From: a virus
Taxonomy: Duplodnaviria > Caudoviricetes
Direction: 5' to 3' (one strand)
Virus record (IMG/VR): IMGVR_UViG_3300036985_003381
Coordinates: 325-64,324 of that record
DNA: 64,000 nucleotides
Part shown: piece by piece, positions 28,401 to 35,914 of the stretch
Layout: every line of letters begins with the position of its first letter
Position numbering within the stretch: the stretch's first letter is position 1
Notes under the pieces: model-generated
Told to the model about the DNA's origin: nothing
The model's database searches: none
Seen by the model: only the letters and a program-made list of their open reading frames with translations
Position numbers and translations under genes: made by a program

Positions 28401-31400
28401 GCACTTGATGCTACATTTTTCTGTTCAAATTTTGGCTCTTGTGCTTTCCTTGAAGTCTCTGATCCTGACTTATTATATTTTATATAAGATTCAGTTACAT
28501 TACTTGATTTATAAAAATCAGTAGGTTGATATATACCATTTATTTTAGCCAAAAGAGACCACCCAAAAGATGGATGATGGTCTACAGCATCAGGTTTAGT
28601 TTCAACAATTTTAAATGTATTTGGGTCAAATTTAATTACATTAATTATTTCACCTCCTTCAACACCCTTGTTAAGTGGGTCCATTATTCTATTAAAAAAC
28701 TCTTCTTTATTTTTTACTCCTATTGCTTTTTGAAAAATCTTATTTGCAGCGATTGCATTGTTTAATGCTTTCCTTAAATCAGGAGAATAATTATTTTTAA
28801 TATCTAATAGTTCTACAATCTTTTTAGGATTACTTTTAAATGAACTAAAATTTTTAATATTCTTGCCATACTTATCTTTAAATGCTTTAAATGCTGCTTT
28901 ATTTTCAGAATTAGATTCAATAGTTTTATTAAATGTATCTATCAATTCTGATTCACTCATTATCCCTTTATCTGTAATTAAGTTAATAAGTTCTGCAAAT
29001 GTATGTTGTTGGAATTGCCAAGAATTAGATAATGTTCCTGAATGCGGAGCAAATAAAGATGCCTTTCCCTCTTTTGCATTTCTTATAAATGATTCTGCTT
29101 GAGCTTGTGAATTAAATGCCGCCAAATTAGACACGTCTCCAAGTTTTTTATTTTTTAAAGACATCATATATGGGACATAATTTTTCCCACCAAGCATATT
29201 TATTTTAAATCCATTCCCTAAATCTGTTTCACCTACGGTTGTATAATCATACATATTTGTTACAAAAGGCATTCCGTTAAATTCCTTTATATCAATATCT
29301 TCAACTAGGTTTTTAATAAATGATCTGCTGTCATCTGAAACACTAGGAGCTTTCTTTGTATCCTTACTACTTTTAGACCCAAAGTTAAATATTCCTATTT
29401 CACCACCACTATTAAGTTCTTTTAAATAATCACCATTAATCTCCTCACCTTGTCTTATTGATTTAGATACCGTATTTAAAAAATCTATTAGCTCTTTAGT
29501 GTTTTTTGTATCTTCAAATACAGTTATTTTACCACCTGTTATTTTAGATACGGTTTGATTAATTACAGCAGCAATTTTTTGAAGTATTGTCGGTGATATA
29601 TTAACATATTCTTGCTCTAATATAGCAGCCAATTCAACAATATATTCCTCATATTTAACATCTCCTTTATAATTATTTGCAAAATCTACTAAATATTTAT
29701 TTGCAGTGCTATTTAGTATTGGTTGCATTTTATCTACAAATGTTTTAAATATTTGCTCGTTTTCACCAAACACTTTTAACATTATACCATGAGCAACCTC
29801 ATGTGCTACCGTAAGTTTATTTGCTTTATTTAAATTTATATCTATACTACCAGAAAAAGACCCATCACTTTGTTTAGTATAACTAAAATTTCCTGCTGAC
29901 CCCTTTTCTCCGTTTACTTTTTCAACTGCTGTATTATAGCTTTCTTCGGTATCATGTATAACTATATCAAAATTAGGTAGAACTGATTTTAATGTTTTTA
30001 TAGCCTTTTGAGCTTTATTAATTATACTAGAATGTAACTCAGAACCCTTTGCCTTTAAAGCATTTATTTTTTCTGCATTTGTTATTGATATACCACTATC
30101 TACTGGTGTTTGTGGTTGTCGATACATTGAGTCTTTAGTAGAAAAATCTTTATTCTTTCCCTTATTTTCTACAAATCCAAACTTCTTATAAAATTCTTTT
30201 AATCTATTTACAGAAGTACCACCAAAATCAATTGATGGTGTTAATACTATTCTTCTACCAATACTATCTGCATATTTTATAATAGCCTCCATTGCCTTAG
30301 AACCAACACCTGTGCTTCTTTCATCTTTTGGTACCTCTATCCTTGACAATGTTAAATCACCTTTGTCAGAATTACCCGTCAAGTCAACAATAACCCCATA
30401 TTCATTTTCAATTTGTTTTGAAAATTCTATTGGTTCTAGTACTTGGGCTTCATCGGTTTTGGTTTGGTTTTTGGTTTTGCTTTCATCTGTTGTTTCGTTT
30501 AATGGTTTAACTTGTTGTGTGGTTTGAGCCAACGCATCTAATTCTTTTTGAGCCTCCGCTATTGGCACTGCTATATCTCCTATAGTTACAGTGCCTGTAG
30601 TGGTGTCTGGTGACTGAAGTGCTTCCTCAAGGATTACTTTCCTTTTTTGCTCTTCATCAGTAAGGACTTTTTTGGTCCCTGTGGTAGTTTCTTGAAGTTG
30701 GGTGTCTCCTTCTCCCATGCCTTGCAATCCCATTTCGGGCTGTTCATTGCGTAACATGCTTTCACTTGTTGTTTGTTCTTGAATGGCATTTTTTGTTATA
30801 TTAGTAAGTTTTTCATCTATTGCATCAATTTGATCTTTATATGGCTTAACTAAACTTGGGTCTTTATCTTTTATTTTTTCAGTTAATTCTTGTTTTTGTT
30901 TTAATAAATCTAGAGATTCTTTAGTTTGATCCAAAGATAACCCCGGGGGTATTTGATTAAATAATTGTTCTGCCTTTTGGTAGTTTACCAATTCCTGTTT
31001 AGCCTCATCAAGACTTAGTTCACCTAAGTTTACTTTTAATTTCAAGTCTGCAACATATGCTTTTTGTATTTTTTCATTGTTTGCAGTAAGACCAAATACT
31101 TTAAGCGTATTATCGCTCAAGTCTTTGAATGCACCTGCCTTATACGCACTACCAACTGTACTTACACCTGTTATTACAAATCCTCCTAACCCCTCTAAAA
31201 AACCTGCCTTGCCCACTTGGCTCATATACTCACCTATGGTTTCTGGCGTAGTAAATAATTGCTTGTCTTGCATATCATTATATACTTGCTTTATGGTTAT
31301 ATCCGCAATTTCTTGAGCTACACCAGTTTCAGCCTCAGCCAAGAATCCTCCTACCAGCTTTAATGCTCCTTTTTGTATTTCGCCTTTTACAACATTATCT

Positions 31401-33130
31401 ATTAACTCCTTACTTGATACCGCCTGTATTGCTGCGCCAGGTTTATATTGACCTATTACCTTTAATGCTAAATTATTCAATAACCCTTTACTTTCAATAG
31501 CATTTCTAAAACCAGCCTTCTCTAATGCTGACCCAATGCCTCCAGTAATAACTTTTAATGCTAATTTATCATTTTCAGGTATTTTGCTTAGTTCAGGATC
31601 GTCTTCAATTTCCTTAGTCATACCATCATATATCTGTGAGAACATAGATATGGCTCTAATAGGCGCACCGCCTAACATAGAAAGAGATGAAGTTGCTAAC
31701 CCATAGCTCGCTTGTGATAAATATGACCTCTTATCAGATGATATATATTGTTCTGTAGAAGAATCTTCAGATTTCAATAAATTACTCCAACCATCTCTTA
31801 ATAGTGGGTCTGTAACTGATCTTATTTCTTTTTTTATTGTTTTTTTTACTTCATCTGTTAGGTAAGGGTTAGACATTAATACTACATCTGTTAATGTATT
31901 TACTATCCCTGAAGGTATACTGCCAGCACTCTTAGCTACCCCCTGTAGTAACATATCTCCATATGTGCCTTTGTCTTCAAGCATTCCCACATATTTACCT
32001 ACATTGTAATCTAAGTCTTTTTTATGTGCTTTATACAGTGGTATTGACTTATCTAATACTTCTTTTTGTCCTTTAAGATTATCATATACTCTGGTTATTT
32101 CATCATATAGACTTTTAACCTCCGGAGTATTTCTTTGATCCTCAGGATAAGAATTGTACATCCTAGTTAAATCATCATAGTTTTTAGAAGTTTTTATATA
32201 ATCATACTTATTTTTTTCTATATTATTTGCTTCTATGTTTATATTAGTTATTGCTCCAATATAATTTTTTTCATTTAATATCTGATTATTATATTTATCT
32301 ACCTCCTTTTGAACACGAATAATAGGGTCTTTAACATAATTGGTAGAGGTCTTAATGTAATCCTTTAATTCTTCCGCAGTTTTTGTTTTTTTAGAATCAA
32401 AGAATATATCTAAAGGGAAATCTCTTTTTCCTTCAGGTGTTGTAACTGTTACATAATCACCACTTATACCTGTCTTTTCGAATGTAACCCCATTACCTTT
32501 AAATAGATAATTTAAATATGGTACAGCATTTTCCTCTCTCTGAGACATTAACTCAGGGGTAATTTGCTCTAACTTCTTACCAATATCCTCAGTTTGTGTT
32601 ATTTCGGCTTGTTTTTCTTTCGGAGCTTTAAATAACTTTTTTGATTCATCTTCATATGAAGGTGCCTTGGCAACATCAATACCACCTTTTTCAGTAGGTC
32701 TAACTAATTTACCCTTAAATGGGTCAAATGGTGGAGCAGAAAGTTTTTTTGATGGTGTATCTAATACTTGCTCGTCTTCAACAGTACGTCCGTAATTTTC
32801 GTGTCCACTTGATATAGTTGGAGGCAATTGTCTCCTCCAGCTTTCGTCTTCAGGTTTTTCTGAATCCAAAGAACCACCCGTTGAAGGTAATCCCATAATT
32901 CGTCCTTTTTTTTTTACTTCCGGAGTAGCAATAGATTCTGGCTCCCCTATACCTAAAAGTGTTTTAAAATCAGAAATATCTCCATTATATCCGTCCTTAA
33001 CGAATAACTTATGGGAGACATCTAATGCCTTTGGGTTTGTAGATACGAGTGTTTTAAAATCAGAAATATCTCCATTATATCCGTCCTTAACGAATAACTT
33101 ATGCGCTACCTGTAATGATTTTTCGTCCAT
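19397..33130 (-). CDS. Giant polyvalent, probably virion-ejected protein (4577 aa)
   Basis: Three GNAT-like modules, HEVAH zincin, WCT-motif domain plus 11 LRR-like repeats, EEVQSDW domain, long helical C-terminus; last gene after tail/ejection genes. Confidence 0.85.
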   Translation of the reverse strand: MDEKSLQVAHKLFVKDGYNGDISDFKTLVSTNPKALDVSHKLFVKDGYNGDISDFKTLLGIGEPESIATPEVKKKGRIMGLPSTGGSLDSEKPEDESWRRQLPPTISSGHENYGRTVEDEQVLDTPSKKLSAPPFDPFKGKLVRPTEKGGIDVAKAPSYEDESKKLFKAPKEKQAEITQTEDIGKKLEQITPELMSQREENAVPYLNYLFKGNGVTFEKTGISGDYVTVTTPEGKRDFPLDIFFDSKKTKTAEELKDYIKTSTNYVKDPIIRVQKEVDKYNNQILNEKNYIGAITNINIEANNIEKNKYDYIKTSKNYDDLTRMYNSYPEDQRNTPEVKSLYDEITRVYDNLKGQKEVLDKSIPLYKAHKKDLDYNVGKYVGMLEDKGTYGDMLLQGVAKSAGSIPSGIVNTLTDVVLMSNPYLTDEVKKTIKKEIRSVTDPLLRDGWSNLLKSEDSSTEQYISSDKRSYLSQASYGLATSSLSMLGGAPIRAISMFSQIYDGMTKEIEDDPELSKIPENDKLALKVITGGIGSALEKAGFRNAIESKGLLNNLALKVIGQYKPGAAIQAVSSKELIDNVVKGEIQKGALKLVGGFLAEAETGVAQEIADITIKQVYNDMQDKQLFTTPETIGEYMSQVGKAGFLEGLGGFVITGVSTVGSAYKAGAFKDLSDNTLKVFGLTANNEKIQKAYVADLKLKVNLGELSLDEAKQELVNYQKAEQLFNQIPPGLSLDQTKESLDLLKQKQELTEKIKDKDPSLVKPYKDQIDAIDEKLTNITKNAIQEQTTSESMLRNEQPEMGLQGMGEGDTQLQETTTGTKKVLTDEEQKRKVILEEALQSPDTTTGTVTIGDIAVPIAEAQKELDALAQTTQQVKPLNETTDESKTKNQTKTDEAQVLEPIEFSKQIENEYGVIVDLTGNSDKGDLTLSRIEVPKDERSTGVGSKAMEAIIKYADSIGRRIVLTPSIDFGGTSVNRLKEFYKKFGFVENKGKNKDFSTKDSMYRQPQTPVDSGISITNAEKINALKAKGSELHSSIINKAQKAIKTLKSVLPNFDIVIHDTEESYNTAVEKVNGEKGSAGNFSYTKQSDGSFSGSIDINLNKANKLTVAHEVAHGIMLKVFGENEQIFKTFVDKMQPILNSTANKYLVDFANNYKGDVKYEEYIVELAAILEQEYVNISPTILQKIAAVINQTVSKITGGKITVFEDTKNTKELIDFLNTVSKSIRQGEEINGDYLKELNSGGEIGIFNFGSKSSKDTKKAPSVSDDSRSFIKNLVEDIDIKEFNGMPFVTNMYDYTTVGETDLGNGFKINMLGGKNYVPYMMSLKNKKLGDVSNLAAFNSQAQAESFIRNAKEGKASLFAPHSGTLSNSWQFQQHTFAELINLITDKGIMSESELIDTFNKTIESNSENKAAFKAFKDKYGKNIKNFSSFKSNPKKIVELLDIKNNYSPDLRKALNNAIAANKIFQKAIGVKNKEEFFNRIMDPLNKGVEGGEIINVIKFDPNTFKIVETKPDAVDHHPSFGWSLLAKINGIYQPTDFYKSSNVTESYIKYNKSGSETSRKAQEPKFEQKNVASSAGAIPKVAVFEVTNAVSKSQLATKSDNFFDKMDVVFPNDHLGGGYAATDENGNLLGRIKMTQIDDNTVKIDEIVSKNKGERTSNGSKIMNIVTKVADENNVKMILTPNLIGEIKAKGFETPQKLKEFYSKFGFEKSTKNNMMERNPVVSKSQVSTEGKYEEIKDTFFGGLDANKNRLFFTDLSSVAQMRGDSRSDVAMMFDGATFWLSESNDGYVTIDDFQVNPDKLGQGRGSESLKTLTNFADKNNITLIGEPLAQSERRAGTKKGLNQKQLNEFYKKNGFTKISKDTLSKNRAAENNFFERVPVVSDKVQSEVDKMNKEFPISKSQKDFDAFADRFKMDKNGYIDKIIEGPRITQELNKLGLGYKAIKTLPNIYGTGGSHYIVNKYGSRVKRSTIKSKSQKGLINLTENDVLKYNRVGIQDKRTAQAMNQIGLSGVKFTKEEVGKKISEEFNKLIKDINKYIINEDSPAITQAIKAEITTLEDEGASLSRIESARSALDENSPMRANYIKEYARAQSETLSQWKDYLNQSDYSDAFKYIILDAVLTHNYDFKTGSYTKRSNKTIRNFTPFDAGTLASIYDSESKALLKDYVEVQANNVNNIVGANSMVSTKEGKWLKFDGGNNAQDLSNTANKLSQLVQNTYWCTKTNALNQLKGGDFYVYVTDDEKGEYVPRIAVRMDGDKVGEVRGNASSKQDLEPDMLPVADKFLKESIPNDSGKKWLDSIAYNNKVKDFTKNIEDKDMSMDDILEYFDIIKDAKKYSVDYGENGLVSKLTENIKVKVRYGDVAEDLRGKIALYSSGIESNTEILINDYYDSSSVVFPKNLKYISGNADFERSKVESLGNLQSIGGTADFGRSKIESLGNLQSIGGTANFTNSIVKDLGNLQSIGGYATFNGSIVKDLGNLQSIGGYANFEGSKVESLGNLQSIGGYAEFNDSIVKDLGNLQSIGGYATFEGSKVESLGNLQSIGGNAYFEGSKVESLGNLQSIGGYAEFNDSIVKDLGNLQSIGGNAYFEGSKVESLGNLQSIGGNADFGRSKIESLGNLQSIGGQFYSDSPTLNEQALDIKEKNSQATPQPVSKSQKGQDIKDLASKIRSKKLSGLGVHVDFGISKTIYNGALEIAAREVEKGSKLGNAINKAIQWIDSKINNAKWNKGLFAKHLNDKYKVTLNGKEVEVEVDNSKPTAELINGFYSPLERGINKSKLDKATGKEWLKRLIGETEGDELKWTGVADYLTENSDKVIYKNDLLDYFKTNRIEIVEVVKEEPTEDDIDTLMNDEVGEDMSRDDAIEYLRNDYVENSRTKFSQYQLEGQKENYKEILVTLPSKEKPLLLRDWYEGNMSKYRGQEGIKAPKFADLTDKEFNKVYEEFNRSEKERIAANRKAQTSFQSSHFDEPNILVHLRMNTRTDVEGNKVLFLEEVQSDWGQKGKKEGFKDTSEQESIINKSKEKISEYNKSLKKLGLLPNSSTSEIAEFKQGKTERTSEINKAIARLEKYKDTVRNNRDWDAANKEIEKYETEKITIRKEILSAFNGIEIENEKINIAERSIDNANASTPQAPFVMDTNAWAKLGLKVALKEAVKQGADKIAWTTGEQQNDRYDLSKQVDEILYSKLDNGKYIISADKNNQSISSGVYSESQLEGVLGKEISNKIINNEGNVSEEYHSVIGNDYYSGQPREHKVLKGDYLKIGGKGMKGFYGSPKEGSLGIVGNVAKSLFKQEPKTTEIIKKIYDGNQQEIRFFQDFLENAGEGIYNVDAVKLEINENSDLYKEFKKLKLKSKSNNITTTQNSIDITPELKESVESGIPLFKGLNQPVSKSQKGDLSESNLPGYDAMIKKLDKIIDETSNKIDSTKKRVYTSALAYLQSSLVYENATDVQREALVRMLNKKLGVREKSAPSPGKLFDTIKDIKNITMTDTQLLKQRIRDMAKSSRDTKAAWLKISAEVIKSVRALKINGKISTSQLTAILNKFSKINMFNDDSINTFLDYMSNVFKDVDYQNKLIAANKIKKQIAKLAANKSKNADLRALAKKFLELDTSLVEDIDRYNSIATQLKESITGTKSSDNFVDIIDIVPTLKYIETVKKIQDRILFNRASEQLEELFGIDDTSGMTYNQIIKLIKEDKLIIKKEDEGLFRKKAKGRFDSFSAIINKIISTGTEPISGDIFELTASEEQTIKKFMSMDLSLLDLKTVIDAVDALQNFIQNKSIAKIGSVFYEYTGLKNSLELEKNKLISSKIKLYFSGVIGGAAYEQLSSLPSLIEKMFKGVIRGGIFEDKSGISSVVNGKAEATSEVKKFAVEYTKEFGDTKPNGKDFFDEENIVERGMYAHMLRTIIGTNEQMEDDFIRSKNDIIDSIEYLTNDKSSEEENRLGELYKKVYNKILKDAESIEDIEGKVSSINGEAVLFWVNKWDSKFDEMNDVSKSIYNEILERESNYTPARYLNTELKKELDIEQTQSVFNTNNFRPGTLYKEESGSLKKAQHKPLPKGSYINLSFDTNNVNSMYDALIDIKTAGPIRQLQAFMENMSNIIPNKNDRNLLKSRVNHYVKLTRNKNNINNEQLSRAINKLNSITSIGVASALTSLSQPVKQVVPLAFNTIINANGLDIRNIWNKQIRDFIDNSGTTVANRSMASEAQITKSNKLEDLINNSSGIKQLEYIKKLGEFQLKWLLEKPDVFIARASWFTYYKDYLSKNKIKFDFNVYNEDAKNYATRMVNRQQNISDPDLGGMLFTKNDAYRTIVVKTIFAFANFRINQSIRLINDVTTLTSFTSSKQDKAIAAKSLAGFAVEAAAFRLVSIGTTALLDSITNSIWGGDDDEEEKQKRLNNIYKGQITNLAADMLSPVPLTDPAVTFGINYIANMLQMDKPEKERLLLFEAKPKDFVKQAGILGIAAEDAMGLYKLSKMIYTKQFVDDYGNTKTLSDEDVNKLPLLLLLNSVSMLKLVPTDVKTISKRELAIIKKQGKTEKQLTKKTSSKSSSIEDIDKEIYKEIENIDKEIDDAINENF
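25251..25910 (-). repeat. Eleven 60-bp coding tandem repeats (20-aa LRR/L-domain-like)
   Basis: LGNLQSIGG counted 11 times with exact 60-nt period. Confidence 0.95.
30634..30789 (-). CDS. Overprinted 51-aa basic protein in the +1 frame of the giant gene
   Basis: MPFKNKQQVKACYAMNSPKWDCKAWEKETPNFKKLPQGPKKSLLMKSKKGK; A-rich start; resembles small MPFKS..Q..W..ETP..LP phage proteins. Confidence 0.55.
   Translation of the reverse strand: MPFKNKQQVKACYAMNSPKWDCKAWEKETPNFKKLPQGPKKSLLMKSKKGK
32958..33103 (-). repeat. Two identical 56-bp repeats at the giant gene 5' end
   Basis: 32958-33013 equals 33048-33103, period 90 nt; encodes HKLFVKDGYNGDISDFKTL twice. Confidence 0.9.
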
Positions 33131-33133
33131 TTT

Positions 33134-34630
33134 TTATTTTTTTATGTTAAAATCTGATCCTGTTCCTTCATTTAGGTAATCAAAAATCCCCTTTTTATAT
33201 AACCCTCCAAAAACTATATTTTCATCTTTAACCCCATCAGAAGGACCATTTCTTAAAGTCCAATCCGCTATTTGAGCTAGTTGTCCCTGACTTGGGCTTT
33301 TTTTCCAATCCATTGTAATTGCTTTTTTATTAGGAGCAGTTATTTTAATTCCTCTCTCCCCATTTGTGACAATTTTATAATTTTCAATACCAGGTGTTTT
33401 TATTAGATATTGATACATTTGGTCTGAAGTAATATTTTCGCCTGAAATACTTTTCCCTATTTGATTCATTTGGCTTGCCATATGTCGTTGCCAGTAGTCA
33501 GCATAATTAATTGGGATGGGCTCTTTTTTTGCTAGTTTCTCTGCCAATTCCCGTGCTTCCCTAGCAGATATCGCATCTTGATCCATACCATACTTTGTTA
33601 AGTCTTGAGACACAAATTGACGAATAGTTTCAGAATTTTTTATTTTAGAATAAACATCTCCTTGTAAATATTCAGTTGCTATTTTCATCTGTCCCTTTGT
33701 TAATTCAGGTTCAGGGTAACCCTTTGAATTATTGTAAAATATAACACTTTCTTTTTCATTCTCAGATAATTTACTATATGCGGCTTTATCAAACATTGCT
33801 TCATACCCTCCTATATCATTAGTTAGTATTGATGTAACATTTAATTTATTTGTTAACTGAGCATCTATTTGCTTATCTACCATCGTTTTTGTTGCTGCGT
33901 TTGCCAATGCATTGTCAACTGTAGTAATAGTGCCTGGTGTAGATACACTACCCTTTAAAAGGGCGTCTTTTATAAATGGAGCTAATCCTTTTGCTATATC
34001 TGCTGATGCTTTTTCAGTATCATAGTAATCAAATTTCATAGTAGCACCCTTCCACAAGTCACCTACAGTTATGGATTGAGGTAACATTTTGGTTGGATCA
34101 TTTGGGTCGACCTTACTGACTGTGACATTCCCATTTGTAGGACTTATTACAAGTCTTGAGTTACTTAAATCTCCAAATGTTTTTAGGAAATTGTTATAAT
34201 CAGCTTCTAATTGCTGACTTTTATTGGCAGGGTCATTAGATACTGCTCTTTCCCTTAATGATTTTGCTTGTGCTTGAAATTCATTTTGTACCTTAAATGC
34301 TGTAGTGGTATTACTTGTTATGTTAGCCATATTTGTAGTATACTGCCTAACGTCCATATCCCCTGACTTTAATAACTTATTAATCATCAGCATATATTTG
34401 GTTGCATCATCCGCATACTGCAATGTAAATGCATTACCATTGGCATCCTCTCCTCTTGGAGCATTTACTAATGTTTCATTTAATTTATTTGTAGCGGCAT
34501 CTATTTCTGCTCTCTTATCCTCTCTTAATTTGGATACCTCAGCCAAAGTTTGGGACATGCTCTTACCAATATCCCCCCAATTTAATTGGCTATTTGCGGT
34601 ACGTTCTGCGTATTTATAAAATGTTGGCAT
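33134..34630 (-). CDS. Putative internal virion/ejection protein
   Basis: Helical 498-aa protein between the pilot-like gene and the giant gene; positional call. Confidence 0.55.
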   Translation of the reverse strand: MPTFYKYAERTANSQLNWGDIGKSMSQTLAEVSKLREDKRAEIDAATNKLNETLVNAPRGEDANGNAFTLQYADDATKYMLMINKLLKSGDMDVRQYTTNMANITSNTTTAFKVQNEFQAQAKSLRERAVSNDPANKSQQLEADYNNFLKTFGDLSNSRLVISPTNGNVTVSKVDPNDPTKMLPQSITVGDLWKGATMKFDYYDTEKASADIAKGLAPFIKDALLKGSVSTPGTITTVDNALANAATKTMVDKQIDAQLTNKLNVTSILTNDIGGYEAMFDKAAYSKLSENEKESVIFYNNSKGYPEPELTKGQMKIATEYLQGDVYSKIKNSETIRQFVSQDLTKYGMDQDAISAREARELAEKLAKKEPIPINYADYWQRHMASQMNQIGKSISGENITSDQMYQYLIKTPGIENYKIVTNGERGIKITAPNKKAITMDWKKSPSQGQLAQIADWTLRNGPSDGVKDENIVFGGLYKKGIFDYLNEGTGSDFNIKK

Positions 34631-34664
34631 TCTTTATCGTTATTTAAATAAAAATATTTATCAT

Positions 34665-35486
34665 TTATCCCCCCAACTTCTTATTGAGTTTAATCTCATT
34701 TGGAGTAAGTGGTTTTTGATTAAATTTAAAATCTGACACTTCTATGGGAGGGAATGTTCCAGTTGGTATAACTTGTTTTGTAAAATCAAATAAAGCAGAA
34801 TAATTCCCAGCTATAAAATCCGCATTATTATATAATGTAGGGGCAACATCTTTATATTCCAACTTTGCATATTGCGGAGGTAATGTGTTTGCTTTTTTAG
34901 CAGCATTAAATTCTGCTTCACCTGGACCTAAACCGCTCCCATATAATGAAGACATATTAACCATTTGCCCTCCTGCACTTACAAGACCTTGTACAGCAGC
35001 TGTATTTGATGCTGCTGCCATTTCCTGATAGTTTTGAGATGCTAACTGTGCGCCCTCGACCTCTTGCAAATCTAATCCTATTTTTTGTCGGTTTAAGTTT
35101 ATGTCTTCACTAGCTACTAACTTATTTAATTCTGTTAAGTCCTTTCCCATTGCTGTAGATATACCTGCCATAGCATCGTTTTGTGCCATTTGAATCCGTC
35201 CTGCTACAGCTGCTGCACCACGCTCACTTTCCACACCTGCTTGTAGTGCCGCTTGACCTGATGCCAATAGGGCTTGTTGCTGTAAGTTGTATGGTTCCTT
35301 TTGGATTCCTAATTTTTCATAGTAATTTATATCTAACTTAGCTCTTGCTTCATCCATTGCTTTTTGAGCGGCAGCATCAGCCTCTCTTTGCTTTTTTTTA
35401 TTTTGTTCAGCTTGGTAAAACGATACACCTGATGATGCTAAAGTTGTACCAAGACCTATTGCCGCTATTACTGTTCCTGTTGCCAT
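34665..35486 (-). CDS. Putative ejection/pilot protein
   Basis: Hydrophobic Gly/Ala N-terminus followed by Gln/Ala-rich coiled coil. Confidence 0.6.
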   Translation of the reverse strand: MATGTVIAAIGLGTTLASSGVSFYQAEQNKKKQREADAAAQKAMDEARAKLDINYYEKLGIQKEPYNLQQQALLASGQAALQAGVESERGAAAVAGRIQMAQNDAMAGISTAMGKDLTELNKLVASEDINLNRQKIGLDLQEVEGAQLASQNYQEMAAASNTAAVQGLVSAGGQMVNMSSLYGSGLGPGEAEFNAAKKANTLPPQYAKLEYKDVAPTLYNNADFIAGNYSALFDFTKQVIPTGTFPPIEVSDFKFNQKPLTPNEIKLNKKLGG

Positions 35487-35900
35487 TTAATATAATATTT
35501 TAATCATTTCTTGTTTGTATTTAATACCGCTCACATATCCTAACTCTTTAAATATATCAACTAATTTTTCATTATCCATCAATGAGTAACAATACTTAAA
35601 TCCTGAATCTTTAGCAATATTAGTTAGAATATTTATGACCATTCTTATAGATTGATTTCTAAAAGGTTTTTTTCTATATTTTTTGTTAGATACAATCCAA
35701 TCTACCCAAGCTATTTTTGAGTTTGTCATATAAATAAACCCTGCACAAACTGGAGTGTCTCCGTCACATATCATTATACCACCCTTGCCATCATCAGGCA
35801 AAAATTCTTTAGGGACAGGTTCAAACCCCCAATCAGTCCACCACTCTGACAATATATTGTCAAAATCGGTTTCTTTTAATGTGCGTGCGTTAAGTGACAT
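35487..35900 (-). CDS. GNAT-fold protein (T7 gp13-like position)
   Basis: CAGFIY..NSKIAWVDWIVSN and FKELGY; sits between tail and ejection genes. Confidence 0.6.
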   Translation of the reverse strand: MSLNARTLKETDFDNILSEWWTDWGFEPVPKEFLPDDGKGGIMICDGDTPVCAGFIYMTNSKIAWVDWIVSNKKYRKKPFRNQSIRMVINILTNIAKDSGFKYCYSLMDNEKLVDIFKELGYVSGIKYKQEMIKILY

Positions 35901-35906
35901 TGGTTA

Positions 35907-35914
35907 CAAATTTA
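35907..35914 (-). promoter_or_regulatory. Bacteroidota sigma-A -7 element TAAATTTG
   Basis: Fits TAnnTTTG immediately upstream of ATG 35900. Confidence 0.5.

Noticed and set aside
19397-33130. Virion RNA polymerase as in crAss-like or N4 phages
   Set aside because: No DxDxD/DFDxD catalytic motif or T7-type motifs noticed; recognisable modules are GNAT, zincin and repeats
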